Shown: piece by piece, positions 39,854 to 49,393 of the stretch
Layout of the letters: each line of letters starts with the position of its first letter
Position numbering within the stretch: position 1 is the first letter of the stretch
Assembly: GCA_945867195.1 (NCBI GenBank)
Contig: CAMBHR010000003.1
Coordinates: 3,958 to 67,957 of the forward strand
DNA: 64,000 nucleotides
Direction: 5' to 3'
Origin: an uncultured bacterium
Lineage (GTDB): Bacteria; Bacteroidota; Bacteroidia; Bacteroidales; Bacteroidaceae
Position numbers and translations under genes: made by a program
The notes under the pieces: model-generated
Told to the model about the DNA's origin: nothing
Seen by the model: the letters and a program-made list of their open reading frames with translations, nothing else
The model's database searches: none

Positions 39854-41506
39854 TTAGGGTACGAGGTATTTGTCACCGGTTTCGCGGATAATCACTTCTT
39901 TGTAGTTGTCGTCAAATCCCGGACGTGCGGGGCGTGCGCCCAGCCCCTCGGGTGTGCGTTCAAACTTGCCGTCTTTTTCGGGCTTGACGGTCTGGTCGTT
40001 GTACTTGACAATGAGGTATTGCCCCAGCCGTGTCCAGCGTTCCATCATTTGGCGGGCACATTCTGCCGAATAGTCCGTGAGGTAGGCTGCTGCCCTGTCG
40101 GCATCGTAGCGTAACAATTCAACGGCCTGCTTTTCCACCGAGGCCTGACGGGCGGCGTAGGCATCTTCCAACTCCTGACGGGCTGCCTTCAAACCGGGGA
40201 AGAGTTGGGAATAGCGCGGATAGGTCATGTTGGACACCCAGTTCTGTACCCAGAAGGCGGAGTTCCAGGAGAAGGTCACGCCGTCGGCATCCTTCGGGTC
40301 GTAACACTCGGGTGCTTGGGTGGCCGAGCAATAGACGGGGGTATAGGGCACCATGTTGGGGTCGTCGTTGCCGAACCACAAAACGCCGCCCACCGCATTG
40401 GGCAGGAAGTCGCGCAACTGGATGACATACGTGCCGGCAGTTTGCTGGGTGGAGATGGGCCGCTCGTTGAAATAGCGTTTGCCCTTATGCTCCCATGAGA
40501 GCGGGGTAGGACGATAAGGCGCATTGTACGGGCCGGCTCCCACATCCTGCGTCACATCGAAGGGCGTGCCCTCAAAGTGGTCGCGCATGGAGTTCATCAC
40601 ATCGTGGAGCGAGAGTTTTTGCTTGGGCTCGAAATAGAGCGGCATGGGACGGGCTTGGCCGATGTGTTTGCCGTCGACATAGTCCAGGTACTTGTCCATG
40701 CCTTCCACCCACCGGTTGTAGAAGCTCCACACGCGGGCTTCGCAATAACGGATGGCACCGAAGTCGGCCGGCGCGTAGGCATCGGCAAAGGAGAAGTCGG
40801 CATCCTTGCCGGAGAAGTAGCCGCGCTGGCGGGCAAAACTGATGACATCCTTGGAGTAGCGCACGTTCTTCTTGTCCTTGAGGTCGAACTGGTGGATACG
40901 GCTTTGGTTGGCATGGCAGGCAATGCAGTTGTCTGGAATGCGCACGGCCACCCACACTGTTCCGCGCTGCTCGGGGCCTTTGCCTATCATCTCCAAAATC
41001 CAGACTTCGTTGGGGTCGGCAATGGAGAAACTTTCGCCTTCGGAGGCATAGCCGTAAGTCTGGACGAGGGAGGTCATCACGTCGATGGCTTCGCGGGCCG
41101 TGCGTGAGCGTTGGAGAGCGATGGTCATGAGGCTGACGTAGTCGATGATGCCCTTGGGGTCGGCCAGCTCTTCGCGCCCGCCGAAGGTGGTTTCGGTGAT
41201 GGCCACCTGATGTTCGTTGATGTAGCCCATGACGGCGTAGGTGAAGGGTGCTTCGGGAATTTCGCCATGGTATACATGGGTGTCGCCGTCGACGATGCGG
41301 CGCATGGTGCCGGGGGCGTGATGGGCGGCGGGCAGATAGAGAAGCCGGCCGAACATGCCGTAATCGTCCTGGTTGTAGGTGATGAATGCCGAGCCGTCGG
41401 TGGAGGCTTTCTTGCCTACCAGGAAACTGGTGCAGGCTTGGGCGGAGGGGGTGAAGCCGAAGGCTGCGAGGCAGGCGGCTCCAAGCGATTTCAGAAGTTT
41501 CATCAT
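39854..41506 (-). CDS. C69 family dipeptidase with signal peptide
   Basis: Signal peptide then ACTSFLVGK (N-terminal Cys nucleophile), INEHQV, HANQSRI, NERPIS. Confidence 0.9.
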   Translation of the reverse strand: MMKLLKSLGAACLAAFGFTPSAQACTSFLVGKKASTDGSAFITYNQDDYGMFGRLLYLPAAHHAPGTMRRIVDGDTHVYHGEIPEAPFTYAVMGYINEHQVAITETTFGGREELADPKGIIDYVSLMTIALQRSRTAREAIDVMTSLVQTYGYASEGESFSIADPNEVWILEMIGKGPEQRGTVWVAVRIPDNCIACHANQSRIHQFDLKDKKNVRYSKDVISFARQRGYFSGKDADFSFADAYAPADFGAIRYCEARVWSFYNRWVEGMDKYLDYVDGKHIGQARPMPLYFEPKQKLSLHDVMNSMRDHFEGTPFDVTQDVGAGPYNAPYRPTPLSWEHKGKRYFNERPISTQQTAGTYVIQLRDFLPNAVGGVLWFGNDDPNMVPYTPVYCSATQAPECYDPKDADGVTFSWNSAFWVQNWVSNMTYPRYSQLFPGLKAARQELEDAYAARQASVEKQAVELLRYDADRAAAYLTDYSAECARQMMERWTRLGQYLIVKYNDQTVKPEKDGKFERTPEGLGARPARPGFDDNYKEVIIRETGDKYLVP

Positions 41507-41608
41507 GAGAAGGGAAAGAGGGGATAACGGAAAGTGGAGAACACAAAAAATAGTCTTGGGTTTTCGGAAGTGTGCCGGAAACCGCAAGACTATCAGCTAT
41601 GAATGATT

Positions 41609-42472
41609 TTAGAATGCTTTTTCGTCAGTGGCCTTGAACGACATGTCCAGACCTTTCACGGAATGGGTGAGGGCACCCACGGAAATGAAGTCGACGCCGC
41701 ATTCGGCATAATCGCGCAGGGTGTCGAAGGTGATGCCGCCGCTGGACTCTGTCTCGAACTTGCCGCCGATGAGTTCCACGGCTTTGCGGGTGTCTTCCAC
41801 GGAGAAATTGTCGAGCATGATGCGGTCGGCTCCGCCATGTTCCATGACTTGGCGTATCTCATCGAACGTGCGGCACTCGATTTCGACTTTAAGATGCAGC
41901 CCCTTTTCCTTTTGGTAGGCGGCGCAGCGGTCCAAGGCGCGGGCTATGCCGCCGCAGAAGTCGACGTGGTTGTCCTTGAGCAAAATCATGTCGAACAGCC
42001 CGATGCGGTGGTTGACACCGCCGCCGATCTTCACGGCTTCTTTTTCGAGCATTCGCATACCGGGTGTGGTCTTGCGCGTGTCAAGCACACGGGTGTGGGT
42101 GCCCTTGAGCCGTTCCACATAGCGGTGGGTCATGGTGGCGATGCCGCTCATGCGCTGCATGATGTTGAGCATGAGGCGTTCGGTTTGCAAGAGGGAACGC
42201 ACCTTTCCCGTGACGAGCATGGCAACATCGCCGGGCTTGACGGGGGTGCCGTCGGTGAGCAGTACTTGCACCCGGAGCGTGGGGTCGAAACGGTGGAACA
42301 CTTCCTGGGCAATGCGCACGCCGGCAAGTATTCCTTCTTCCTTGATGAGCAGTTTGGAAGTTCCCTCTGCATCTTCGGGGATGCAGCAGAGGGTGGTGTG
42401 GTCGCCGTCGCCGATGTCCTCGGAGAAGGAGAGGTCGATGAGACGGTCGTTCAATTCGTCAACTGTGTACAT
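41609..42472 (-). CDS. nadC: Nicotinate-nucleotide diphosphorylase (carboxylating)
   Basis: DTRKTTPG, NHRIGL, LKDNH, MLDNF, ISVGALTHS. Confidence 0.96.
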   Translation of the reverse strand: MYTVDELNDRLIDLSFSEDIGDGDHTTLCCIPEDAEGTSKLLIKEEGILAGVRIAQEVFHRFDPTLRVQVLLTDGTPVKPGDVAMLVTGKVRSLLQTERLMLNIMQRMSGIATMTHRYVERLKGTHTRVLDTRKTTPGMRMLEKEAVKIGGGVNHRIGLFDMILLKDNHVDFCGGIARALDRCAAYQKEKGLHLKVEIECRTFDEIRQVMEHGGADRIMLDNFSVEDTRKAVELIGGKFETESSGGITFDTLRDYAECGVDFISVGALTHSVKGLDMSFKATDEKAF

Positions 42473-42514
42473 GGTGTGGATGTTTGATGTATGTTAATCA
42501 GCTTTTTGCGGCAG

Positions 42515-44083
42515 TTAAAATTCGCTCGTGAAATGGAACTTGATGTGCTTGAAGTCCTGCTGCGCCATTTGCAGCACATAGCCGGAGTCGGCCAGAAATA
42601 CATCGCGGCCTTCGCGGTCCTTGGCCATGTACTGGTATTTGCGCTTCTTGAAGTTTTCCAGCTCTTCGGGACTGTCGCTTTCAATCCAGCAGGCTTTGTA
42701 GAGGTGGATGGGTTCCCAGCGGCATTTGGCGTTGTACTCGTTTTCCAAACGGTACTGGATGACTTCAAACTGGAGCTGTCCGACCGTGCCGATGATTTTG
42801 CGGCCGTTGAACTGGTTGATGAAGAGCTGTGCCACGCCTTCGTCCATGAGTTGCTCGATGCCTTTGTTCAGCTGTTTGGTTTTCATGGGGTCGGCGTTCT
42901 CGATGTATTTGAACATCTCGGGCGAAAAGGAGGGGAGGCCCCTGAAGTGCAGCTTTTCGCCTTCGGTCAGGGTGTCGCCTATTTTGAAGGTGCCGTTGTC
43001 GGGCAGGCCGACAATGTCGCCGGCCCAGGCTTCGTCAATGGTGTTCTTGCGCTGGGCCATGAACTGGGTGGGCGAGGAGAAACGGAGTGTCTTGCCGTCG
43101 CGCACGTGGAGGTAGGGCTTGTTGCGCTCAAAACGTCCGGAACATACTTTGCAGAAGGCGATGCAGGAACGGTGGTTGGGGTCGATGTTGGCAGTTATCT
43201 TGAAGATGAAACCCGTGAACTTTTCTTCGTCCGGGTCAACCTGCCGCTCCTCAGCCTTGGTGGGGCGGGGGCACGGGGCTATCTTGACGAAACAGTCCAG
43301 CAGTTCCTTGACACCGAAATTGTTCAGTGCAGAGCCGAAGAAGACGGGAGCGACTTGGGCGTTGAGGTAGTCGTCGTGGTCGAAGGCGGGATATACGCCA
43401 TCGACCAGTTCCAGGTCATCGCGCAGCCGGCGGGCGTTTTCTTCGCCAACGTGTTCTTCAAGGGCGGAGCTGTGGATGTCGACGTCGAACTTCTCGGTCA
43501 CTTTCTGCTTGTCGGGGGCGAAAAGCTGGAGTTGCTCTTCATAGATGTTATATACGCCCTTGAATCGCGCTCCCTGGGCAATGGGCCAGGAGAGGGGACG
43601 CACGCTGATTTGCAGTTCCTGCTCCAGTTCGTCCAAGAGGTCGAAGGGGTCTTTTCCCTCGCGGTCCATTTTGTTGACGAAGATGATGACAGGGGTGTTG
43701 CGCATGCGGCATACCGTCATGAGCTTGCGCGTCTGTGCCTCCACACCCTTGGCACTGTCGACCACAATGATGGCTGAGTCGACGGCGGTGAGGGTACGGA
43801 AGGTGTCCTCGGCAAAGTCCTGGTGGCCGGGGGTGTCAAGTATGTTGACCTTATAGTCTTCGTAGTCAAACTCCATGACCGAGGTGGTCACGGAGATGCC
43901 GCGCTGCTTCTCGATTTCCATCCAGTCGGAGGTGGCGGTTTTCTTTATCTTGTTGTTCTTTACCGCACCGGCCACCTGTATCTGTCCGCCAAAGAGCAGG
44001 AGCTTCTCGGTGAGCGTGGTCTTACCTGCGTCGGGGTGGGAGATGATGGCAAAGGTGCGTCGGCGAGCTATTTCCGGATTCAT
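42515..44083 (-). CDS. prfC: Peptide chain release factor 3
   Basis: [41 protein letters not shown]. Confidence 0.97.
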   Translation of the reverse strand: MNPEIARRRTFAIISHPDAGKTTLTEKLLLFGGQIQVAGAVKNNKIKKTATSDWMEIEKQRGISVTTSVMEFDYEDYKVNILDTPGHQDFAEDTFRTLTAVDSAIIVVDSAKGVEAQTRKLMTVCRMRNTPVIIFVNKMDREGKDPFDLLDELEQELQISVRPLSWPIAQGARFKGVYNIYEEQLQLFAPDKQKVTEKFDVDIHSSALEEHVGEENARRLRDDLELVDGVYPAFDHDDYLNAQVAPVFFGSALNNFGVKELLDCFVKIAPCPRPTKAEERQVDPDEEKFTGFIFKITANIDPNHRSCIAFCKVCSGRFERNKPYLHVRDGKTLRFSSPTQFMAQRKNTIDEAWAGDIVGLPDNGTFKIGDTLTEGEKLHFRGLPSFSPEMFKYIENADPMKTKQLNKGIEQLMDEGVAQLFINQFNGRKIIGTVGQLQFEVIQYRLENEYNAKCRWEPIHLYKACWIESDSPEELENFKKRKYQYMAKDREGRDVFLADSGYVLQMAQQDFKHIKFHFTSEF

Positions 44084-44197
44084 TGTCAGTGTGAAGGGGT
44101 TTGGTATTCTGGGGATAGAGCGCCCTGGGCTTGATTTGTTGGACTTGATGCGTGTTGTGACCCAAGGAGGATATGGGCGGGAGAGCGTAGGTCGCGG

Positions 44198-45052
44198 TCA
44201 GAGCTTTTTCAGACAATCTTTCAGCGCGTCTTCCCACCAACGGATGTCCAGTTCGTAGGTTTGTTTGATTTTGGTTTTGTCCAGTACGGAGTAGTGGGGC
44301 CGCTTGGCCGGCACGGGGTAGTCTTCGGTGTGGATAGGGCTTACTTCGCAGTCCTCTATGCCTTCCATGCGGTGGATGGCCTTGGTGAAGTCATACCAGG
44401 AGCAGGTGCCTTCGTTGGTGAAATGGTACACGCCGGGCTTGATGCCTTTTTCTATGACCGTGAGGATGGCGTTGGCCAGGTCGCGTGCGTAGGTGGGGGT
44501 GCCGATTTGGTCGGCCACCACGCCCAGCTTGTCGCGCTCCTTGCCTAAGCGGAGCATGGTTTTTACGAAGTTGTTGCCATAGGTGGAGTAGAGCCAGGCG
44601 GTGCGGATAACCATAGAGCCGGCGCAGGTGCGGATGACGCTTTCTTCACCGGCCAACTTCGTGCGGCCGTAAACGGTCTGGGGATTGGTGATGTCTTCTT
44701 CCTTATAGGGTTTGCAGGCCGTGCCGTCGAAGACATAGTCGGTGGAAATCTGTATCATCGTGCCGCCCACGGAAGCGATGGCTTCGGCCAGGTAGCCCGG
44801 GGCGATGTGGTTGAGCAGATTGCAAAGTTCCGGCTCGCTCTCGGCCTTGTCGACAGCGGTGAATGCGGCGCAGTTGACGATGACGGAAATGCGGTTTTGT
44901 TCGATGAAGGAATAGACGGCCTGGCGGTCGGTGATGTCGAGCTCCGCCACGTCGGTGAAGAAAAAGCGGCAGGTGTCGTCGTGTGCGGGAGCCAGTGCTT
45001 GCAGCTCGCTGCCCAGTTGTCCGTTGCTGCCGGTAACGAGTATATGTTTCAT
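44198..45052 (-). CDS. rfbD: dTDP-4-dehydrorhamnose reductase
   Basis: TGSNGQLG, NCAAFTAVD, ISTDYVFDG, YGRTK, DQIGTPT. Confidence 0.95.
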   Translation of the reverse strand: MKHILVTGSNGQLGSELQALAPAHDDTCRFFFTDVAELDITDRQAVYSFIEQNRISVIVNCAAFTAVDKAESEPELCNLLNHIAPGYLAEAIASVGGTMIQISTDYVFDGTACKPYKEEDITNPQTVYGRTKLAGEESVIRTCAGSMVIRTAWLYSTYGNNFVKTMLRLGKERDKLGVVADQIGTPTYARDLANAILTVIEKGIKPGVYHFTNEGTCSWYDFTKAIHRMEGIEDCEVSPIHTEDYPVPAKRPHYSVLDKTKIKQTYELDIRWWEDALKDCLKKL

Positions 45053-45058
45053 TATGCT

Positions 45059-45616
45059 TTAGAATTCGATAGGTTCTTGTTTGTTCTTGAAGTAGTAATC
45101 GGAGAGCTGTCCCAGAAGTGTTGCGACATCGCGCGCCGCCTTTTCGGTATCTTGCGCCACGGGTTTTCCTTGCAAACGCAGCAACATGAGGCCGTAAAGC
45201 AGTTCAAAGCAGGTTTGGAGTTCGCCCGTTTCCTGCGTCTGTCCTGCGGCTGTGCCGTTCTTGGCTCTTAGCTCTACGATGTAAGGCAGTACCTTATAAT
45301 ACATTTCGCGGTAGTAGGGGAATTTGGGCGAGTTGACCAGTTGGTTGTGGAGTTCGTCCAATCCGGTGAGGATGTTCTGGCAGATTTGCAGATGGCCTTT
45401 CTCGCGTTTCCCTTCCTCTGCCATCATCCGGCACAGGTCGGCGTACCATTGCTCTGTCTGGGATTTTTGTTCTTTGTCCAGGTCAAAGCGGGCGACATAT
45501 TCCTTGGCTATGCGTTCTGCATCGAGATGGTAGGCGCGGATGAGGTCCTCCACTTGCCACATGTACAGCAGGTATTCAGCCCTGTTGGTATTCCTGAGTT
45601 TCTCAGCAATCGTCAT
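45059..45616 (-). CDS. DUF4924 family protein
   Basis: AEYLLYMWQVEDLIRA, EKGHLQI; synteny with rfbD. Confidence 0.8.
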   Translation of the reverse strand: MTIAEKLRNTNRAEYLLYMWQVEDLIRAYHLDAERIAKEYVARFDLDKEQKSQTEQWYADLCRMMAEEGKREKGHLQICQNILTGLDELHNQLVNSPKFPYYREMYYKVLPYIVELRAKNGTAAGQTQETGELQTCFELLYGLMLLRLQGKPVAQDTEKAARDVATLLGQLSDYYFKNKQEPIEF

Positions 45617-45626
45617 GTTTTTTCCC

Positions 45627-46295
45627 TTAATAAAGTGATAGGTTGAAGAGCGTCATGGCCGCATAGATGACGGAGGCGGCGAGCACGATGCTGCCGATGG
45701 TGCGGTTCAGGCGAAGAATGCCGCGCAAACCGAAATTGCTGCGCATCTTGTTGATGACATAGGTAAGTCCGAGCCACCATAACATGGCTCCGGCCACAAT
45801 GGACAGGTATCCCACACATTGCCCGAAGAAATTGCCCGGAATGACAAACGTAAGCATATTGTAAAGGGCAATGAAAAGGAAAATGATGAGGGGATTGGAC
45901 AAGGTGACTAAAAAGGCTGTGGTGAAGTTGTGCAGCAATGTCCCCTTGCTGCCGGATGAAGGTCTCATACATTTCCGGGGGTCGGTGCGGAACATGTATA
46001 TGCCGAATATGAAAAGCATGACGCTACCCACAAGTTTAAGCCAAAAGATGTTCTGTTCCTTGTCGATAAAATCCATCACTACCGACATGCCTAAACCTGT
46101 TATGAGTGCGTATATGATGTCGCTAAGCGCGGCTCCTGCTCCCGTTACTATTCCGTACGCTCTGCCTTTTTGCATCGTTCGCTGAATACACAATATGCCT
46201 ACGGGACCCATGGGGGCCGAGGCGATGATGCCTACAAGCAAACCTTTGATTATCAGCAATAGCGGACTTGCAAATTCTGCAAAAATATTGTTCAT
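45627..46295 (-). CDS. LysE family translocator
   Basis: APMGPVG, GAALSD, TLSNP; six hydrophobic segments. Confidence 0.85.
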   Translation of the reverse strand: MNNIFAEFASPLLLIIKGLLVGIIASAPMGPVGILCIQRTMQKGRAYGIVTGAGAALSDIIYALITGLGMSVVMDFIDKEQNIFWLKLVGSVMLFIFGIYMFRTDPRKCMRPSSGSKGTLLHNFTTAFLVTLSNPLIIFLFIALYNMLTFVIPGNFFGQCVGYLSIVAGAMLWWLGLTYVINKMRSNFGLRGILRLNRTIGSIVLAASVIYAAMTLFNLSLY

Positions 46296-46325
46296 TGAAA
46301 CTGAGGCTAATCATAGATAGGTGCG

Positions 46326-46333
46326 CAAAAGTA
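46326..46333 (-). promoter_or_regulatory. -7 box for the lysE operon
   Basis: TACTTTTG on minus strand. Confidence 0.55.
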
Positions 46334-46445
46334 CGTAAAACCACGCGAAATGCAAAGAATTCAATGGTCTTTCAGCTCTTTCTGCTTTTGCCGCCTCAAT
46401 GAACTGTGGATTGGACTGCAATATAAGGGGGCCGGGTCCATATAG

Positions 46446-46480
46446 ACAAAACCCCGGTTGAGCTTCAACCGGGGTTTTGT
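46446..46480 (-). terminator. Terminator after rng
   Basis: acaaaaccccggttga-gct-tcaaccggggttttgt, perfect 16-bp stem. Confidence 0.75.
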
Positions 46481-46514
46481 AGATGATTGGGCAAGTGCAT
46501 GGTGGCGCACTCTT

Positions 46515-48101
46515 TTACTTCATGTCGTTTTGTTGCTTCATGGATATTTCTTCTCCGTGCTGGTTGTAGAAAGCGTATTGCAGATAGGCTAATTCCTGAT
46601 TGGGGATGATTTTTACTCCGAAGCCATATTTCATTTGCCATTGCCGCTTTATTGACAGCAACCCTTGATTGATGTATGCTGCAACGAAGGGGTGAACATG
46701 GAGCGTGAATTTCTTGATACCGATTTTGTTGACTAACGTGTCAATTTTGGTTTCAAGCGCATCGGTGAAGAGGATGCTGGGCTTTATCTTGCCAGTTCCG
46801 CCGCAGGTGGGGCATGATTCTTCCACATTCACATCCATTGCCGGCCTCACCCTTTGACGGGTAATCTGCATCAGTCCGAATTTGGATAGTGGCAGGATGC
46901 TGTGCCGTGCTCTGTCTTGGCGCATATTTTCAACCATGCGTTCATAGAGCTTCTGGCGGTTTTCGGGCAGGTTCATGTCGATAAAGTCCACCACGATGAT
47001 GCCTCCCATATCACGCAGGCGCAGCTGTCTTGCCAGTTCGTCGGCAGCCCCGAGGTTTACGTCAAGGGCGTTTGTTTCTTGTCCTTCCGGGCTCTTCGAG
47101 CGGTTTCCGCTGTTGACATCTACCACATGGAGCGCTTCCGTCTGTTCGATGATGAGGTAGGCTCCGTGTTTGTATGTTACGGTTCGTCCCAGAGAGGTTT
47201 TTATCTGCTTGGTTACAGAGAAGTTGTCAAAAATAGGGACATTGCCCTTGTAGAGCTTCACTACGTCTTTGCATTCCGGTGCGATCAACGTCACGTAGTC
47301 GCGCACTTCGCGGTACACATTGGTGTCGTTGATGTAGATGTTTTCGTAGGAAGGGTTAAAGAGGTCACGCAGTAAAGCTACGGTACGGCTTGTTTCTTCG
47401 TAGGCCAGCTGTGGCAGCTTCAGTTTTTTGCTGTGTGTTTGTCTGACTTTTTTGATGACTTCTTCCCATCGTCCGAGCAATATGCGCAGCTCGGTATCCA
47501 ATTCAGGGGCACGTTTGTTTTCTGCAACGGTACGGATGATGACACCGAACCCTTTAGGTTTGATGCTTTGTACCAGCTGTTTGAGGCGTGCCCTTTCAGC
47601 AGCGGATTTGATTTTTGTAGAAACTGAGATTTTGTCGCTGAAGGGAATCAGTACGAGAAATCTGCCGGCAAAGGAGAGTTCCGCAGTCAGTCTTGGCCCT
47701 TTGGTGTTGATGGGTTCTTTGACTATTTGCACCAGCAGTTCCTGACCTACCTTGAGGGTGTTTTGGATGCTACCGTCCTTGTCCAGATCCGGTTGCCGAA
47801 GCACTTTTTCGAGCGAAGGCGGGTTTTTGCTTCCGTCGCCAAGCAGTTGCAGGTATTTTTCCTGTGCTGCATAGTGAGTGCCCAGGTCAAGGTAGTGAAG
47901 AAACGCATCGCGTTCGAAACCTACATTCACGAAGCAAGCATTAAGTCCCGGCATCAGTTTCCTGACTTTTGCCAAATAGATGTTTCCTACCGAAAAGTGC
48001 TCTGTTCTCCCTTCGCGCTGGTATTCCACGAGACGTTTGTCCTCGAGGAGTGCTATGGAGATGTCTTTCGATGTAACATCTACAATAACTTCGCTTGTCA
48101 T
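46515..48101 (-). CDS. rng: Rne/Rng family ribonuclease
   Basis: S1 domain GNIYLAKV, KEPINTKGPRLT, DVNSG, RLRDMGGIIVVDFIDM, CPTCGG. Confidence 0.93.
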   Translation of the reverse strand: MTSEVIVDVTSKDISIALLEDKRLVEYQREGRTEHFSVGNIYLAKVRKLMPGLNACFVNVGFERDAFLHYLDLGTHYAAQEKYLQLLGDGSKNPPSLEKVLRQPDLDKDGSIQNTLKVGQELLVQIVKEPINTKGPRLTAELSFAGRFLVLIPFSDKISVSTKIKSAAERARLKQLVQSIKPKGFGVIIRTVAENKRAPELDTELRILLGRWEEVIKKVRQTHSKKLKLPQLAYEETSRTVALLRDLFNPSYENIYINDTNVYREVRDYVTLIAPECKDVVKLYKGNVPIFDNFSVTKQIKTSLGRTVTYKHGAYLIIEQTEALHVVDVNSGNRSKSPEGQETNALDVNLGAADELARQLRLRDMGGIIVVDFIDMNLPENRQKLYERMVENMRQDRARHSILPLSKFGLMQITRQRVRPAMDVNVEESCPTCGGTGKIKPSILFTDALETKIDTLVNKIGIKKFTLHVHPFVAAYINQGLLSIKRQWQMKYGFGVKIIPNQELAYLQYAFYNQHGEEISMKQQNDMK

Positions 48102-48172
48102 GTTGAGAAAGGTTGATTTAAGAGAAGGGAGTTGTTTTGCCTTCGTCAGGTTTGTTCAACTCCTTGGTGTAT

Positions 48173-48235
48173 CAAAAAAACGAGTAAACGAGGATGCTTC
48201 TCGCTGTGCGGGGTTGGCTTTGCTCGTTTACTCGT
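48173..48235 (-). terminator. Terminator-like hairpin between bS22-like ORF and rng
   Basis: acgagtaaacgag / ctcgtttactcgt 13-bp stem followed by a T run on the minus strand. Confidence 0.6.
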
Positions 48236-48271
48236 CAGGTTCTAAAGACTTCTCAGGCTTTGACGCCGAGC

Positions 48272-48361
48272 TTATTTGCTCTTATGACGGTTCTTGCGCA
48301 GTCTTTTTTTACGTTTGTGGGTTGACATCTTGTGTCTTTTTTTCTTTTTTCCGTTAGGCAT
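48272..48361 (-). CDS. 29-aa bS22-like (AURKAIP1/COX24-domain) small ribosomal protein (not in ORF track)
   Basis: Hand translation MPNGKKKKRHKMSTHKRKKRLRKNRHKSK. Confidence 0.85.
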   Translation of the reverse strand: MPNGKKKKRHKMSTHKRKKRLRKNRHKSK

Positions 48362-48400
48362 ACCTATTTACGTTTTAGGGTTAATTATGTGAGTTATGAA

Positions 48401-48691
48401 TTATTCTTCGACCGTAGCTTTGCAAATGGCGTCGGAGAATTCCTTGGCCGGTTTGAACATAGCTACTTTGTGAGCCGGAATCAGTATGGTCGTGTTGGTC
48501 ATCAAGTTGCGTCCGGTTTTGGGTGCTCGGCGTTTGAGGTAAAATGTTCCGAAATTTCGGAAGTTAATGGACTCGCCTTCGATGAGTGTTTCCTTCACTG
48601 TATCCACGTAGGATTCGATAATTCGGGTTACCGTTTCTCTGTCAACACCGGTTTGCTTTGCAACAGACTTGATGATGTCAGTTTTAGTCAT
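48401..48691 (-). CDS. HU/IHF family DNA-binding protein
   Basis: MTKTDII, NFRNFGTF, RAPKTGRN, FKPAKEF; start at ATG 48691. Confidence 0.9.
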   Translation of the reverse strand: MTKTDIIKSVAKQTGVDRETVTRIIESYVDTVKETLIEGESINFRNFGTFYLKRRAPKTGRNLMTNTTILIPAHKVAMFKPAKEFSDAICKATVEE

Positions 48692-48797
48692 GTCTATGAA
48701 TTTGTTTTTTGAATGGTTGTTCTTACTTCCCGCCTTTGGCAACACTTTGCGGACTTTGCAGCCGCGCCCACGTGTTGTCCCTTTTGGAAAGTGGGTG

Positions 48798-48805
48798 CAA
48801 AGATA
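48798..48805 (-). promoter_or_regulatory. -7 box for HU
   Basis: TATCTTTG on minus strand. Confidence 0.55.
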
Positions 48806-48890
48806 TGTTTTTCTGTTGTTTTAGAGAAGCTACAGCACTTTTTTTGGACTAATTCTCAACAGAAAAGTATCTTCGCCATACAATGGAGAG

Positions 48891-49325
48891 CTATTTTACG
48901 GCAATCTTTTCGATGCGTTTGATGTGTCGTCCTCCTTCAAAGTCCGTGTGGAGGAACTCTTCCATGATGTCATGAGCCGTAGCGTGGTCAATATACCTGC
49001 CCGGCATCACCAGCACATTGGCATCGTTGTGCAGACGGGTCATGTGGGCAATTTCCGGACACCAAACCAGTGCTGCGCGGATGTGTTGGTGCTTGTTCAG
49101 CGTCATGGAGATACCTTCACCGCTGCCACAGATGGCTATGCCCTTTTCCACTTCGCCCCGTTCCATGCCCAGCGCCAAGGCGTGTGCATAGTCGGGATAG
49201 TCGCAGCTCTCCGTGGTGTAAGTGCCGTAGTCCTTGAATGAGATTCCCTTTTCTTGGAGATACTGGATGACGTACTGTTTGAGTTCAAAACCAGCGTGGT
49301 CGCTGGCCAGACCTATCATTTCCAT
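48891..49325 (-). CDS. rpiB: Ribose 5-phosphate isomerase B
   Basis: SDHAG, DYPD, CGSGEG, HNDAN, GGRH. Confidence 0.95.
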   Translation of the reverse strand: MEMIGLASDHAGFELKQYVIQYLQEKGISFKDYGTYTTESCDYPDYAHALALGMERGEVEKGIAICGSGEGISMTLNKHQHIRAALVWCPEIAHMTRLHNDANVLVMPGRYIDHATAHDIMEEFLHTDFEGGRHIKRIEKIAVK

Positions 49326-49393
49326 TATTGTCAATGTTTGGGGTTGTTAGATAGCAAGTTGATATCTATAATTATATATAAGGGAGGGGCGGG

